Assembly (NCBI GenBank): GCA_040285825.1
Contig: JAUPSS010000005.1
Coordinates: 1,116,001 to 1,180,000 of the forward strand
DNA length: 64,000 nucleotides
Direction: 5' to 3'
DNA from: Eukaryota sp. TZLM1-RC
Lineage: Eukaryota > Protista > Metamonada: BaSk clade
Positions 1 to 12,186 of this stretch are shown in pieces (the first letter of the stretch is position 1; every line of letters begins with the position of its first letter). Position numbers and translations under genes: made by a program. The notes below the pieces were generated by a model that saw nothing but the letters and a program-made list of their open reading frames with translations, was not told the DNA's origin and ran no database searches.

Positions 1-907
1 ACAAATTTTTGTAAAAACAAAAAAACGATATATAATATTGACAACAATTATTTAATAAGTGGTGTAAAACACCACATGGTGGATGAGAAACATCAATTCC
101 CTTTTGAACAATTGAAGAAAAAACAATATAGTTAGCAAACAACAGTTTCTCAATAAAATAGATCAAATAAACATAGGTTAAATCAAAATATACATTATAA
201 AAAAACAAAAAAAACTCATTCAATAAAATCAGCAATATTACTACTTAATACAGTTGAAGTATTGTGAAAGCAAAAAAGTTAAATCAAATGGTGTTTGTAA
301 ATAGTCACACAAAAATTACACAAGAAGAGAAGCTAAATGTATAAAATAAATGTAAATATATGAGACAATAACAAATTCTTCATTAAATTTCTCTCCATGT
401 AATTATCAAGTATCGACTGCTGTGTCCTAATGATTATTTGGTGGAATTCTTCTTCTTAAAAAAGGAGTTCTTGTAGGAGCAGATTTGTGCGAAAGGCAAA
501 ACGTTTCCTCTAAATAACACAATGAACACAACAACCAATTAAACAGACCACCTAGCAGTGAGCCTCTCCATAAAGGTGCTTTGGTGTGTATGTCGTTGAT
601 GATTGATAATTATGAGTGGATTTTCACCCAGTATTCAAAACTGCAAACACTGCAATCCTTCCTAAAATCTTCCCTTTCAGTTCTCCTTATTTCTACTCCT
701 GTTAGGCTATTTGTCCAATACCATGTTATGTCATTAAACCATCCTGTTCAGCTTTCCTCTTAGTTATGTTCTTTACAAATGGCTTTGACTGTTCGATTCT
801 GCTTAACTCCTTATTCTGTTGTCGCTGATGTCTTGCTTGGCCTGTGTCACCTATTGTCACTCTTGATTCATTTGAATCCATCACCTTTGGCTCATACATT
901 TGAAGAA

Positions 908-1238
908 GTGGGGTTGTTTTCCGAAGAACGTCCCAATTGGAAGTACACATTGCTTCCCCATGCTTAAATGGAGCCAAAGACGTCCATCACTATCGAATGT
1001 GATCTACCAGTGGCTCATAAGTTTGGAGCGAATGTAACACCTTGAACACTGATCATCGTGTTTCTATCATTGCCAGTGCCGTCTCCAAGCTGTCCTAAAG
1101 TTAAAAAGTAGTAGAAAGTCGATACCGAAATGGTTATGCCCATATGAACGAAGCTGTCCGTTCCGTACCACTAGAAAGTTGAAATACTTTGATGAAAAGA
1201 AAGAAGCGCCATTGGATTGATGTACCTGAACAGGTTCT
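908..1238 (-). pseudogene. Decayed 331-bp duplicate of part of the RCC1-repeat gene at 55622-55952
   Basis: Colinear near-identical match in the same orientation to 55622-55952, including the 31-nt intron (1095-1125); a TAC(Tyr)->TAA change creates a stop. Confidence 0.9.
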
Positions 1239-1597
1239 CATCAAGATACAATGGTCACAACCGAGAGGAGAGTAGACATAGAACAATTAAGACACTTGTT
1301 ACCAGAAGCATTTTAATTTTGCTCTCACCGGGAATTGGCAGTTATATTAACTTAATGAGCAAAGCAGTATTTAATTTAGAAAAGCCTACGATTTGAATTT
1401 CACCACAACTGATCTCTGCAGTTGTCAATTAAGATACTTTTTACGCTTTCATATAAGATTTAAAAGTTTTGCTTGTTTGGTTTTCTCTTTGAAATAAGTT
1501 TGTATTCCAGATAACTTCTTATTTATTGTTGCTTAGTATTGTTCTTATCGGCCATCTTATGTCTTACTAGAGTTTGACTAGATTCATTTTTTGTTAT

Positions 1598-1780
1598 CAA
1601 TTTCAGAGTTTCTATCCAATATTGAGAGTAATTTTCCTTATGGGGAGTCTCTGTTCATAAATACATAGAAGACTGAGTAATCGTCAGTCATGCAGTTTTT
1701 AACTGTGTGAGCTTGATTACGGTCATGAAAGATCTGATAACGTGTGTCTGTATAGTATGTAGGTTTTTAGATCTTTGTAA
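1598..1780. repeat. Dispersed repeat, inverted copy of ~16153-16335 (decayed unknown gene/TE family)
   Basis: tcatgcagtttttaactgtgtgagcttgattacggtca here is the reverse complement of tgaccgtaatcaagctcacacagttaaaaactgcatga at ~16207-16243, with flanking similarity over ~180 bp. Confidence 0.8.
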
Positions 1781-2566
1781 GTTTATTGAAAAAATTGCTT
1801 TTACTCTTTGAATTTTTTTCTTGAAGTGGTCTACTCCTACAATACTATGTTTTTTTGATATCGTAAGTTGGGAATTTACAATTACAGAGAGGCAGTTGAT
1901 GATAACATGATCAGGATTAGATCTCCTAATTTCAGTTAAGAAGTAGTATAATCAGGCATTCGTATTTTGTTCCTCTCTACATTTGCCAATTTTTAATTTT
2001 CTAGCAATAACCCCTCTAAAGTCATGATGTGTTTGTTGACTGATGCTTTAGCATCATTTTCAGGAGTGCTTAATCTGTGGGATAGAATCACTTCCACCTT
2101 TTCACAAATTTTTTCCTTCCACCTTTTGCGGATAGCAGTTCTGAGGTATTTGAAGTTACACCTTTTTTTGAATTTTTTATCAATAATTTCTCGGCTGACC
2201 CTGAAAGTTTACGTCGATTCTGTTTTGCAGATAGATTTGACGGTTAACTTTTAATGAACTCCTTGAATGTTACATTTTGTTCTAGATTATTTGGTACAGA
2301 AGTTGAATCACCGCAATGTGAATGACTACTTTTGTGCAGGTTTTTTGGTTTTCTAGTAGCCTTTGAGGTAGTTTTCTGCTTTTCCCTGGCTGAGTAAAAA
2401 GTTCTTGTCTTACAATTTATTGTTTAGGTCCGAGAACAAATATACTACACACAGATCATTTTTGACCGTAACCAACTTCAAAAGGTCAAAAACTAGAAAA
2501 GATTACCCAATGGTTATATATTTAAAAATTAAGACTCTGAATAAGGACAAATCCATATCAAAATAT

Positions 2567-3160
2567 TGATGCTTTACGTGTGGTGAGTAACAATAAAGAA
2601 TAATAAGGTGTTTATTAAATTTCACTGGCCCTTATAAAGGCCATCACTAGTGAAGTCTATACTAGACTAAATGTCCACAGTACAACACCACCTTTTCCCT
2701 CCCTTGGATCTCGTACGAGAACTATGAGAATTAATTACAGGGGAATTAGTCTTAGATTTAGAATCGGAATTCATTTTCCGTTTCCTGGTAGTGCAAGCAC
2801 CAAGGGTACCGAAATATGATTGGTATGCCTCGGTGCTTTTGACGTCAGCAACCGGAACAGACGATGTCTCGCCGCCATACCAAACTGTGGTGAAATAAGG
2901 AACTTTATTATCATTCGAGTCTATAAAATCGAAGTGATCTATAATCTTAATAATTACAGATTCTTCCATATCACCGGCAGCAATGTTCTTATGCCAATCT
3001 ATATCTTCTTTAGGGAAGTCAGAGAGGTATAGCTTACAATCATTAGTGCTAGCCATAGACGTCGAATCAGCGACAAGATTCTTGAGTAATAAACATTTTT
3101 TAGATTTCACTTCGTCAATAAGAAAAGGGCCAGCGAAGCAACCATGGAGTTTACCATTTG
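2567..3160 (-). mobile_element. 3' end of a Ty3/gypsy chromovirus-like LTR retrotransposon (integrase GPF motif, chromodomain-like tail, PPT, ~121-bp 3' LTR 2687-2567)
   Basis: Minus frame GKLHGCFAGPFLID...IAAGDMEESVIIKIIDH...TVWYGGET is homologous to 14269-14907; purine tract aaggggagggaaaaggtgg is followed by TGTTG...GCATCA containing TATAA and AATAAA. Confidence 0.8.
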
Positions 3161-3479
3161 TTCCGGTTCAAAATTCAACAACACATGTGATCTATGATTG
3201 TCAAGGAACAAGAATGATCTGACTTCATTGGGCATTAATCCTCTAATCTAGTACATGTTCGTACATAAAGCTTGTTTGTGTTCATAGTTCAGCAAAAAGA
3301 ATCCATTATTGAATCCAAATCAACTTGGCGTCAACACAGTTTTTACCACAACAATTGTTCTTATATCTTGATACTGATACTAAGAAAAGCGAGTCCTTAT
3401 CCAGAATGGTACATAGACATGGTCACTTTTGTGCACAATCATCACCCGTCACACAACATGTCCATATACCCACAATAAG

Positions 3480-4800
3480 AGTTTAGTTCAAGACGCTCTA
3501 CTTTTAGTGCTGAACTCACTGAGTTCAGCAGTGTACATGATTTAATCAAAATTTCCTGCTGACCAAATAGTCGACTTCTTCAAACTGAATGATTTTAACT
3601 GCTGTATTGTTGCACAAGACATTCATAACCTGAAAGGTGCTGTTTCCGATGCTTTAGGATTGAATCTATCTGCAGAAAAACTTATCTCGTATTTGCACCA
3701 AAAGTTTTTTATGATACGATTATTGTGGACACAGAAAGACCTGTGACTCGCTTTTTATTCGTAGATATAAAATTATTGAAGTTTTATGAAAAGTTTCATA
3801 CAGTTGTCCAAATTGATTGGACTTATAAAAACAGAGGTTAATTAATTACCGAATTTGGTCATTGCAGGCACAACTCCCACGTTTATGACTCATTATGTTG
3901 GATCTTGTTGCATGAAATCGGAAACTACTGTTGATTATTCATGTTAGGAGTAGCTAAACCTGACTTTCCCTTTTAGCAAAGTGCATCATGTCATCATGTT
4001 TAGTGCACGAAAAGCAACATTCATGAATTATTTCACAGTTACGTAGTAGTTGTCCAGTTATTCCAGAAGTATTTGTATTCGATCACGAACAGTTGTTGAA
4101 AAATTCTTTCACAGATATTTATCCAGAAAGTCATTAAGTACTCTGTTTATGGCACATTTGCCAAAATATTCAGCGACATTGTCAGAAGAAATTGGGCTCC
4201 AACTCCGAATTTAATTACTTTATGAACAAATTCCTGAGAATGGTGAATGAATCTAATAAGGATCTACATAATACTGCTTATGAAGAATTTCTCGCCAAAT
4301 TAAACAATGTGCCTGATGTTCAACAATATGTGAAGAACGAGTGAATGACTAGAAGAGAGTCGTTTGTTAAATGTTTTTTTACACGGTCGAGATTGCTTGG
4401 ACCAAACAACTTCCTCCAGAGTAGAGTCAGGTCACCGTGTGATGAAGCGAGACCTTAAATTAATCAACGTCAGTTCGGACAAAATGTCAATAAAATTGCT
4501 AAGTTCATCACGAAGCAGTTGGAAAAAATATCACGTTCATTTGAGATGAAAAATGTAGCAGCATGGTTTTTCGAAAGAATTCATGGAAAGGTATCTCATG
4601 TCATAATCAAAAAGACGGCGGAAGTTGTGAGAATTGTAACAGAAACTCCTGATGAGCTTCAAGTGTGTGTAAAAGAGTTTATGGCGAAGACAAGTCCTTG
4701 TTGTTCCTTGTTGTAAGCAAATGCAGTTATTGAAAGAACGTAAGCTTTTGGACACAACCATGTATCACCATCACTGGTATCTCAAAGATCCGACAGCAGA
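3480..4800 (+). mobile_element. Highly decayed MULE (FAR1-like) transposase pseudogene
   Basis: Fragments VVQIDWTYKN (~3800-3830; MULE D-x-T-Y-K-T-N motif) and DQTTSSRVESGHRVMK (catalytic-E region); many stops and frameshifts; ends not found. Confidence 0.65.
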
Positions 4801-5882
4801 ACAGATAACTACTGAACAACGGAGATTATCCAGCCTTCTTCCTCCAACAGTTGCATGAGCAAGGGAAACACCTAGAACCAACAACTCTGAAGAAAGCCAA
4901 ACCAATGGTTCTTTTGAAGGCACAGCAACCCAAGGAATTATCACGAGATGTGGTCTGTGTCAAAATCCAGGACATACACGAAGAGGTTGTCCTTTCAGAG
5001 AACAACTGGAGCAGATGGTACAACAATCTTCAATCAATCAGTAGATTTAATGAATACATAAACAATTATGAACAAAAATATACTCAAGCTACAACATTTA
5101 AGCAGAAAAAATGGTTTGAACAAGTTCAGAATTGGAAGTGAAAATACGGTTTGTGAAATTCAATTAAGGTACATTCCCCCTACAAATCCCCCTAGTGATT
5201 CATAACCTTTTTCAAAAAAACATCTCCTACTATGTCTAACTACTTTGACGACTCCTTTGGACAAGAAACTGCTCTGTCATACAGCAACGGATCTTGAAGA
5301 CACTGTGCCTACCACAAAACGCAGAGAACTCTTCTTTGATGACTTGGATTCTGATGTTACTGATTGAGAAGAGGATAATTCTGTCCAATTTTTTCCCAAT
5401 TCATTAAACTTTTCCTTGATTGATCAAGAAGGATTTGCCGTTGCTTGTTTTAAAATTTGTTACGCTCCGTACAAAGGTACAGACAATTTCTTTTGCGATG
5501 AACTCTTGACTATTTACTTTCGAGATGACGAAGCTGTAGTCAGTGAAGATTCTTCAAGGAGCCAATCAACTTACTACATATTACTGCTTTCGGTCTAATT
5601 GATTTTAATGCAGAACATTTTGAATTTACAGCGAAAATAAAAAAAACACCTCTTTGGAAACAAGACTATACGATCATCAACTAGAAGCTCAACAACAACA
5701 AAATTTGCGCGTTATTAGTATCGAAAGTCTTCAGAGCATGCACAGTACACTGAGCATGTCGACTCAAGGTTGGGTTGAGTTCGAAATGTTTCATGAAAGC
5801 AACAAAATTGCTGATTTCTCTATTGTTCCTGGAGGTGTGCTCAGATTCAAAATGTTGAAGAGATCCAAATACGACTTTGAGG

Positions 5883-7416
5883 TAGAGATGGGCATCGTCC
5901 GGACTAATCGGACTACGAACTACGGACTAGACTATTTTGAAACTAAACGGACGACCTACGGACTAGACTAGCCAATCAACGGACGAGAAACGAACGAACT
6001 AATCTCTAGTTCTTAGTTCGATTGAATGCACTACGGACTACGTCATGAAACAACTCAGTTGACAATATATTTTATTAACCACATGGAGAAATATCAACGT
6101 TCCCTTCTTTGATAAGAAAGTGTGAGAGAAACACATTCTTAACCACATTCTTTATCCAATCAACATCAAACCACACTAAAGCTGGATAACATACATAAAG
6201 TTATACATGTTCTACAGAAAAACCAATAAATTGCTATCAATGACTAATCAAGTTCTAGCTGCCAGCCATTGCCAATCCAAGATTTCAAAGAGACTAGCAC
6301 TCTCATGTTCAAGGGGGACAATCTACTTCTTCTGCTTCTCGCGATGTCTCCTGCTACAGAAAACAAACTTTCTGATGGCATGGATGTAGCTTGAATAGAG
6401 AGGTAATCTCTCGCTGCCTTTGCTAGACATGGAAACCGTGATGAATTGATCTTCCACCATCCTAGTGGATCTGTTTCCCAAGCTACAACTGGTTCACTTC
6501 CGTAGATCACCAATTCATGCACAGTTATACCTAGAAATGATTGTTGAGATCGAGAAGTCCAACAATCCACAGTCAAGGAAACCGAAGTGGAATGCTGACG
6601 TATGTAAGTCAGTATTTTCAGCTTCATTTTTCGATAAGACTTAACCAATTTACGTTGAGCTGTTCTGCGAGACATCATGACTGCTTCATCACAATAAAAT
6701 CTCAGAAGTTTGCGTAAACTCTTAGATTCAACTAGAGCTAAAGGCATCCGCTTTCTATGATAAAAGTCAACAAAAGCTTTGCCGCCAACGCTTTATCGGT
6801 CGATGAAAGACAGCGAGAACCAACAGATAATGGTGCAAGAAGACGTTGTTTGCTGTTTGAGGCAACAATTGTTTCCCATCCATAGTGTTTCGAGTTGAGA
6901 TGGTGTTTCAGTGCGTTTTGTGAACTCTTGTTACTAATTGAGTTTGATGTGGAAGGACAAAGGATACAAATTCGGTTTTGGTTTTCATCTTTAGAGAAGA
7001 GTTGATGACCAATCCAAGTTTGGCGTGGAGACAGAGGGACAAGATCAATTTTAGGCTTATCAACATTGGGTTTTTTGGAAGGAGGAGAAGTCATTAGGTT
7101 GAAAGATGTAAAACAATACGAGAATGCAACAGTGCTGAATGTATTCATGTATATTTATATAAACAGAAGATTTATTGACGTACTGATTCTATATAAGTAT
7201 AAACGGACGAACTACGGACTAGACTAAGTGATGAGCGGACGAACTACGGACTAGACTAGGTCCAGTTGAATCAACTACGGACTAAACTACAGACTAGTCC
7301 GTAGTCCGCTTAGGAGACTACAGACTAGAATAAAATGAACGAACGAACTACAGACTAGACTAGTTTTTAGTCTAGTTCGTAGTTTAGTCCGAAATTTAGT
7401 TTTTTGCCCATCTCTG
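5883..7416 (-). mobile_element. Non-autonomous, internally deleted hAT transposon (Ds-like), 1534 bp
   Basis: TIR TAGAGATGGGCA...TGCCCATCTCTG; perfect 8-bp TSD CTTTGAGG at 5875-5882 and 7417-7424; dense GGACTA/GACTAG subterminal repeats at both ends. Confidence 0.95.
6244..7148 (-). pseudogene. hAT transposase remnant (BED finger, first catalytic D, C-terminal dimerisation domain), frameshifted and internally deleted
   Basis: CILC...LKHHLNSKH (BED); LTVDCWTSRSQQSFLGITVH fused almost directly to DPLGWWKINSSRFPCLAKAARDYLSIQATSMPSESLFS; frameshift near 6745. Confidence 0.9.
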
Positions 7417-8680
7417 CTTTGAGGTCTCAATGTTCCATGACCAGATCGTACAATTTATCAAAAGAAAACAAACACAACTTGAAGAAGGGGTCAACTCCTT
7501 TAGAGAGGCTTTGAAAACAAAAAATCATATTGAAATTAGTAATTTTTTCCCATCGATGTTGAACTTTGCTCCGGTTCCCACACAGCTCAATGCTGATGCA
7601 GAGCTCATGTTTGACAGCTGTAGGAATGTCAATGATCCTCTTGCACAGTTTTAGTTTTAGAAGAATTAATAAACGATACAAAATTTTAATTATATATTGT
7701 AGGAATCATCAATCCGCTGAAAAATTTCTTCAATCTTACACCGTGCAAATAAGGAGGCTTGTAGTTTCGTTGTCCAATGTAACCAGAGTGATTAAAGAGC
7801 GAGGTACAGTTATAATTACGTAAGCTCTCAAGACAAGAAAAAATGGCACTTGACACCGTCTCTAATTAAGTCTTTTAAGAAGCACACAAGATTTGCTCAG
7901 CTAATTAATTTTTTTCATATGTGAAGTCACATATCCAAACATGTTAATACAAACAATTAGGGGTATTTGACGTGCATTTTTTTCTTTGGCATGAACAGGG
8001 ACGTTCTTTTTAGAATATCCTTTGTTTCGATGAAAATGTTCATTTTGAAGACTCAATTCGTCAATAAATAGTGGATGAAATCAAATAATAGGTACCACTT
8101 CTTTCAAAGGAAATGCTTCAAAGTTACAATGCAGACTCTCTTCACACTTATAGAGGACTGATGATGCAACTTTTGATGAGCAGTAGTGATGATGGGGCGA
8201 TGAATAATATGGATTAGAAATGCTGTTGCCAATAAAGGAGCATTAATAACAGTGAATTGTTCAGCGTTTGAACATCAGTAAACAATACATCCTCAAAATG
8301 GTAAATCATCCAGAGTAATTTTTTACTATATAAATTAGTCCAGACAAATTACACCGTTTATTGTAGTTTGTGAAAACTTATTTAATGTGTATTTATTGTT
8401 GTTTTCTACAATCTTCCAACAATACAATACAATATTGCCAACATTATATTGGGTACAACAATATATTTATTCTCAAAAAACAAAATGGACAAAAAATAGA
8501 TAAACAAGTTGACTATTGTTTTTTGTTGGTTGTTGTTTCAGAGATTTCAGAAACTGATTAATCATATGCCTTCTAGCAATGCTCCAGGTCCATAATTGTT
8601 GAATTTTGGTAAAATTAAATCAACTATTGGACAGTCTGCCGAAGTTTTTGACAATCGCACCCATTGTTTCAATAAAATTT

Positions 8681-10884
8681 GAGAAATTGACAAAAAAGGA
8701 CCTCTTGTCAACATAAATTTGCAAAAACAGGACCTTCTCCAATTCAACCTTCCACCGGTAAACTTCTTACCAATGACGTCTATAAAATCTTTGACAGACT
8801 TCCGCCTTTCTTTAAGCAATACATTCCCTAGTAAAGAACTACTGTTGGCAGCAATTGAAGACTACTGTGTTCCCGTAAACGCCGTCAACATTCAAAAGAA
8901 GAACACAAAATCAAACTGTATCGTAAGATCTTGTTCTGATTGTTCTTTTTATATCAGAGCAATTATTCCAAAAGGTGGGAGACTCTGGAAGGTGATCATT
9001 GCACGGGAGCATACATGTCTAGGAGAATTAAGCAGCAGCGGTAATGTTCTATCACCTAAAATGATAGCTCGAGATGCTGACCTTCAAAAACGTGTCACCT
9101 TCCGTCCTAAAATAACGCCAAAAGATCTCATTAGTGAAGTCAAAATCTCTAAAGATCAAGATGTCAAGTACTGGACGGCCTATCGTGCTCTCAATCGTGC
9201 AAAGGAACATCTCTTTGGACCTCTTGACTCAAACTTTCAGCTTCTTCCTGCTTATAAAGCCGAGCTTTTGAGATCAAATCCAGACTCAATACTGCATTTC
9301 GAAACTTGTCCACAAACCTCACGATTTCAACGCCTATTCCTCTCGTTTAACTCTACTTTACATAGTATTCGCTTCTGTAGGCCCCTGATCACTCTGGATG
9401 GAATACACTTAACTGGTGATTTTGGTGGTAAATTGCTGGCTGCTTGCACAGTAGATGCGTTAGGTAGAATTTATCCCATTGCCTTTGGTATTTGTGAAAT
9501 AGAAAACGGTAGAGAATGGCGTTTTTTCTTGGAACATCTGCATGCTTTGTTGAGGACACAACTGGTAACAAGTAATTGGACTTCCTTATCTGACCGGCAG
9601 AAGGGTCTGATTGATGATGTGAGCTACATTATCCCCAATCAGTATCATGGTAATTGTGTGAAGCATCTTGCAGATAATGTAGCAAAACGATTAAGAAAGA
9701 AAGCTTTATTGATTAAAGTGTGGGAAACAGCTAGGGCTTTGACAGTTGCAGAATACCAATCCCACTGGGAAGAGATCCGTATTATCTCTTCAAAAGCCAG
9801 TGATTATTTGGCAAAAATTGGACCAGATCATTGGGTAAGCGCGTATTTCCCTGGAGACAGGTATGGTTACTTGACCAGCAATATCTCTGAGTTCCTGAAC
9901 TCCTGGTTATTAACTGTTCGTGAACTCCCTCTACTTTCGATAATGGACGAGCTCAGAAGAAAAATTGGAATTTCGATTCAAGAAAGACGAGATGAGTCCA
10001 AAAGGAGTGACGGAGGGTCGATGGGTATAGTGAAACTAGTCCATGAACAACTGAAGGTCAACGTTTCCAAAGGAAGAAACCTTACGGCCTTGGTTTGTGG
10101 AGATGAAGGACAGGAGAGCATTGAAGTTCGAGACTTTGAGAAAGTGTTCGTTGTAGACTTGAAAGACGGCACCTGTACATGTGGTGAAACGAAATATTGT
10201 GGATATCCTTGTTGTCACCTCGTTGCCGCTTGTGTTTTGAAGAAGAAATCTCCTTTGGAATATACCAGTTGCTACTGTAAGATGGAAAGCCTTGTTAACA
10301 CATATACCATCGGATTAAGACCAATGAGAGGTAGAGACGATTGGGAAATTGATGATGGAATGGAAACAGTTCTTCCTCCTGCTTATATAAAGAGAGTTGG
10401 TAGAAGACGGAAGAAACAATTTCGTAGACAATCAAGAAAGACTGCGAAGAGACAACGGTTAGATGAAGAGGAGCTTGATGCAATACTTAAGGGTGAGTTC
10501 AATTTGTTGTGAAGAAAACGCTGATCTAGATGGAGGAGAGCAAGAGCTACATTATCAGGAAGAGGAGACGATGGAAGCACTGGACTTTGACATCCATGTA
10601 TCTGGATTGTCTCCATTGAATGAGCTGTTACAGTATTGAGGTTGAGTTTTCGATATGTATAAATGTTCATGTTCATAATAAAAGTGTATGTTTAGCATTG
10701 ATAGAGAATATCAGAATCAGTGACAGAAGTGACAAAGTTTATTAAAAGGAGAGCAATAGGACAGTGATGGAGAAGATAACACCATTGAGAATGAGAACAA
10801 GGGCCCAATTTTGCAAAAGCGTTTATGGATGGACCCAAATCTGCAAAATGAAAAACTCAGGTGGACTTGTTTTGTCAATGCCCC
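8681..10884 (+). mobile_element. Mutator-like element (MULE), apparently complete, ~2.2 kb
   Basis: Imperfect TIRs GAGAAATTGACAAAAAAGGACC vs (rc) GGGGCATTGACAAAACAAGTCC; 9-bp TSD ataaaattt (8672-8680) / ataacattt (10885-10893), one mismatch; intact transposase inside. Confidence 0.8.
8773..10512 (+). CDS. MuDR/MULE DDE transposase with SWIM zinc finger (may splice 10493-10529 and end at 10639)
   Basis: Uninterrupted ORF from ATG 8773; LDGIHL, SDRQKGL, CVKHL, TSNISEFLN motifs; CTC-x7-CCH SWIM; basic C-terminal tail. Confidence 0.92.
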   Translation: MTSIKSLTDFRLSLSNTFPSKELLLAAIEDYCVPVNAVNIQKKNTKSNCIVRSCSDCSFYIRAIIPKGGRLWKVIIAREHTCLGELSSSGNVLSPKMIARDADLQKRVTFRPKITPKDLISEVKISKDQDVKYWTAYRALNRAKEHLFGPLDSNFQLLPAYKAELLRSNPDSILHFETCPQTSRFQRLFLSFNSTLHSIRFCRPLITLDGIHLTGDFGGKLLAACTVDALGRIYPIAFGICEIENGREWRFFLEHLHALLRTQLVTSNWTSLSDRQKGLIDDVSYIIPNQYHGNCVKHLADNVAKRLRKKALLIKVWETARALTVAEYQSHWEEIRIISSKASDYLAKIGPDHWVSAYFPGDRYGYLTSNISEFLNSWLLTVRELPLLSIMDELRRKIGISIQERRDESKRSDGGSMGIVKLVHEQLKVNVSKGRNLTALVCGDEGQESIEVRDFEKVFVVDLKDGTCTCGETKYCGYPCCHLVAACVLKKKSPLEYTSCYCKMESLVNTYTIGLRPMRGRDDWEIDDGMETVLPPAYIKRVGRRRKKQFRRQSRKTAKRQRLDEEELDAILKGEFNLL

Positions 10885-12186
10885 ATAACATTTTAACCCT
10901 AAAAAATAAAGTACCTTATGCGATGACCAGTTATCGTTTAATTACCCTCAACAAAATACATCAAATGTTCGACCAATTGCAATTGGAGACTAATTTGTGA
11001 GAATTCATGCTTCTTTGGTTTTCAACAGCATTTTAACAAAGGCAAAGATCTTGTTTCCTTAACAATTTGAATTTAACTCAATTAACAGGACTTCTGTTGC
11101 AACTCTTTTATTTATTTCAGGTCCTTTTGGTTATATTTTTTACTTGAATTTAACAAATGCATTAAAATCTGTATTGCGTTCTATTTTCTCTTTGCTGCAA
11201 TGAAGTTCAGCCTTTTGGTACACTTTTATGCAAAATCATCAGTTCCTGTTGATGAAAATTTTGATCTACCTTCTTCTTCTTCTTCTTCACTCTTCTACTG
11301 ATCCCCCCCATCTTGACCCTTTGAGAAGATTTCCATTGGAGCGACCCATTGAACCTTTTAAACTTACAGTGTCTGAATTGTCGTACAAAATGTCCCAATT
11401 TGTAGCTTAAATTGGATAGGACTAAACAAGACTTACTTAAACGACTTGAAATCGGGAAAAAAGACTCATTCTAACGTCTTATCGCCCTCTGCAAAGAAAC
11501 AGCTCCCTTTTACTTCAAACGTTAGTCGTTTAAAAAGAAAGAAATCATTAGATACATCTATTTATAATGGGATACAGAAAGCCGAAGAAGCAGCTGTCGG
11601 TAGCTTTTTTGTGAATGTGCTATATTATTGCGCACCATTAGAAGTAATTTTGGAAGATGCTCAAAGCAATTGTCTAGCAGTTCCGTTTGTCCAAAAATCG
11701 GTTACAATGCTGCACGTACTAACATGCTCGATAGTCGCTACAAAAATCCAGTAACTGAAAGCAAAGTACCCATTAACAAGATTTCAAATGCCGAATACAC
11801 AGTATACGGAATTCCATTTAATGTCTCAATATATACATTAATATAGTGTGATGTGTCATTTGGCACTAATGAACATAAAAGCTCTGAAGTGTTTATTACC
11901 TCCCTGAAACTGCAATTGTAACATAAACAATAATTAAATCTCCATTGTTCCAATTGTATTGAAACAAATTCCAGGCCAAGAAACATTCTCCAATAACTGT
12001 TCAGCTGTTTCTGATTCTGACGCCAAATGACTGAGGCAAAACATCCTCAAGCTGCTAGGAACACGTAAATATTCAGATGATCTGGTCATTCTTTTGAGCT
12101 CCTGATTAAACGCCACTCTTTGTTGTTAGAAGAAACAGCCAATCTACGAGAGAGTTTTTGGTCAATAATTTTTTTTCTATGTTTCC

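Larger units (their letters stand above)
5654..7654 (+). pseudogene. Unknown reading frame split by the hAT insertion
   Basis: Removing 5883-7416 plus one TSD copy joins ...KRSKYDFEV to SMFHDQIVQF... in frame; the region upstream (5232-5650) carries stops. Confidence 0.6.
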
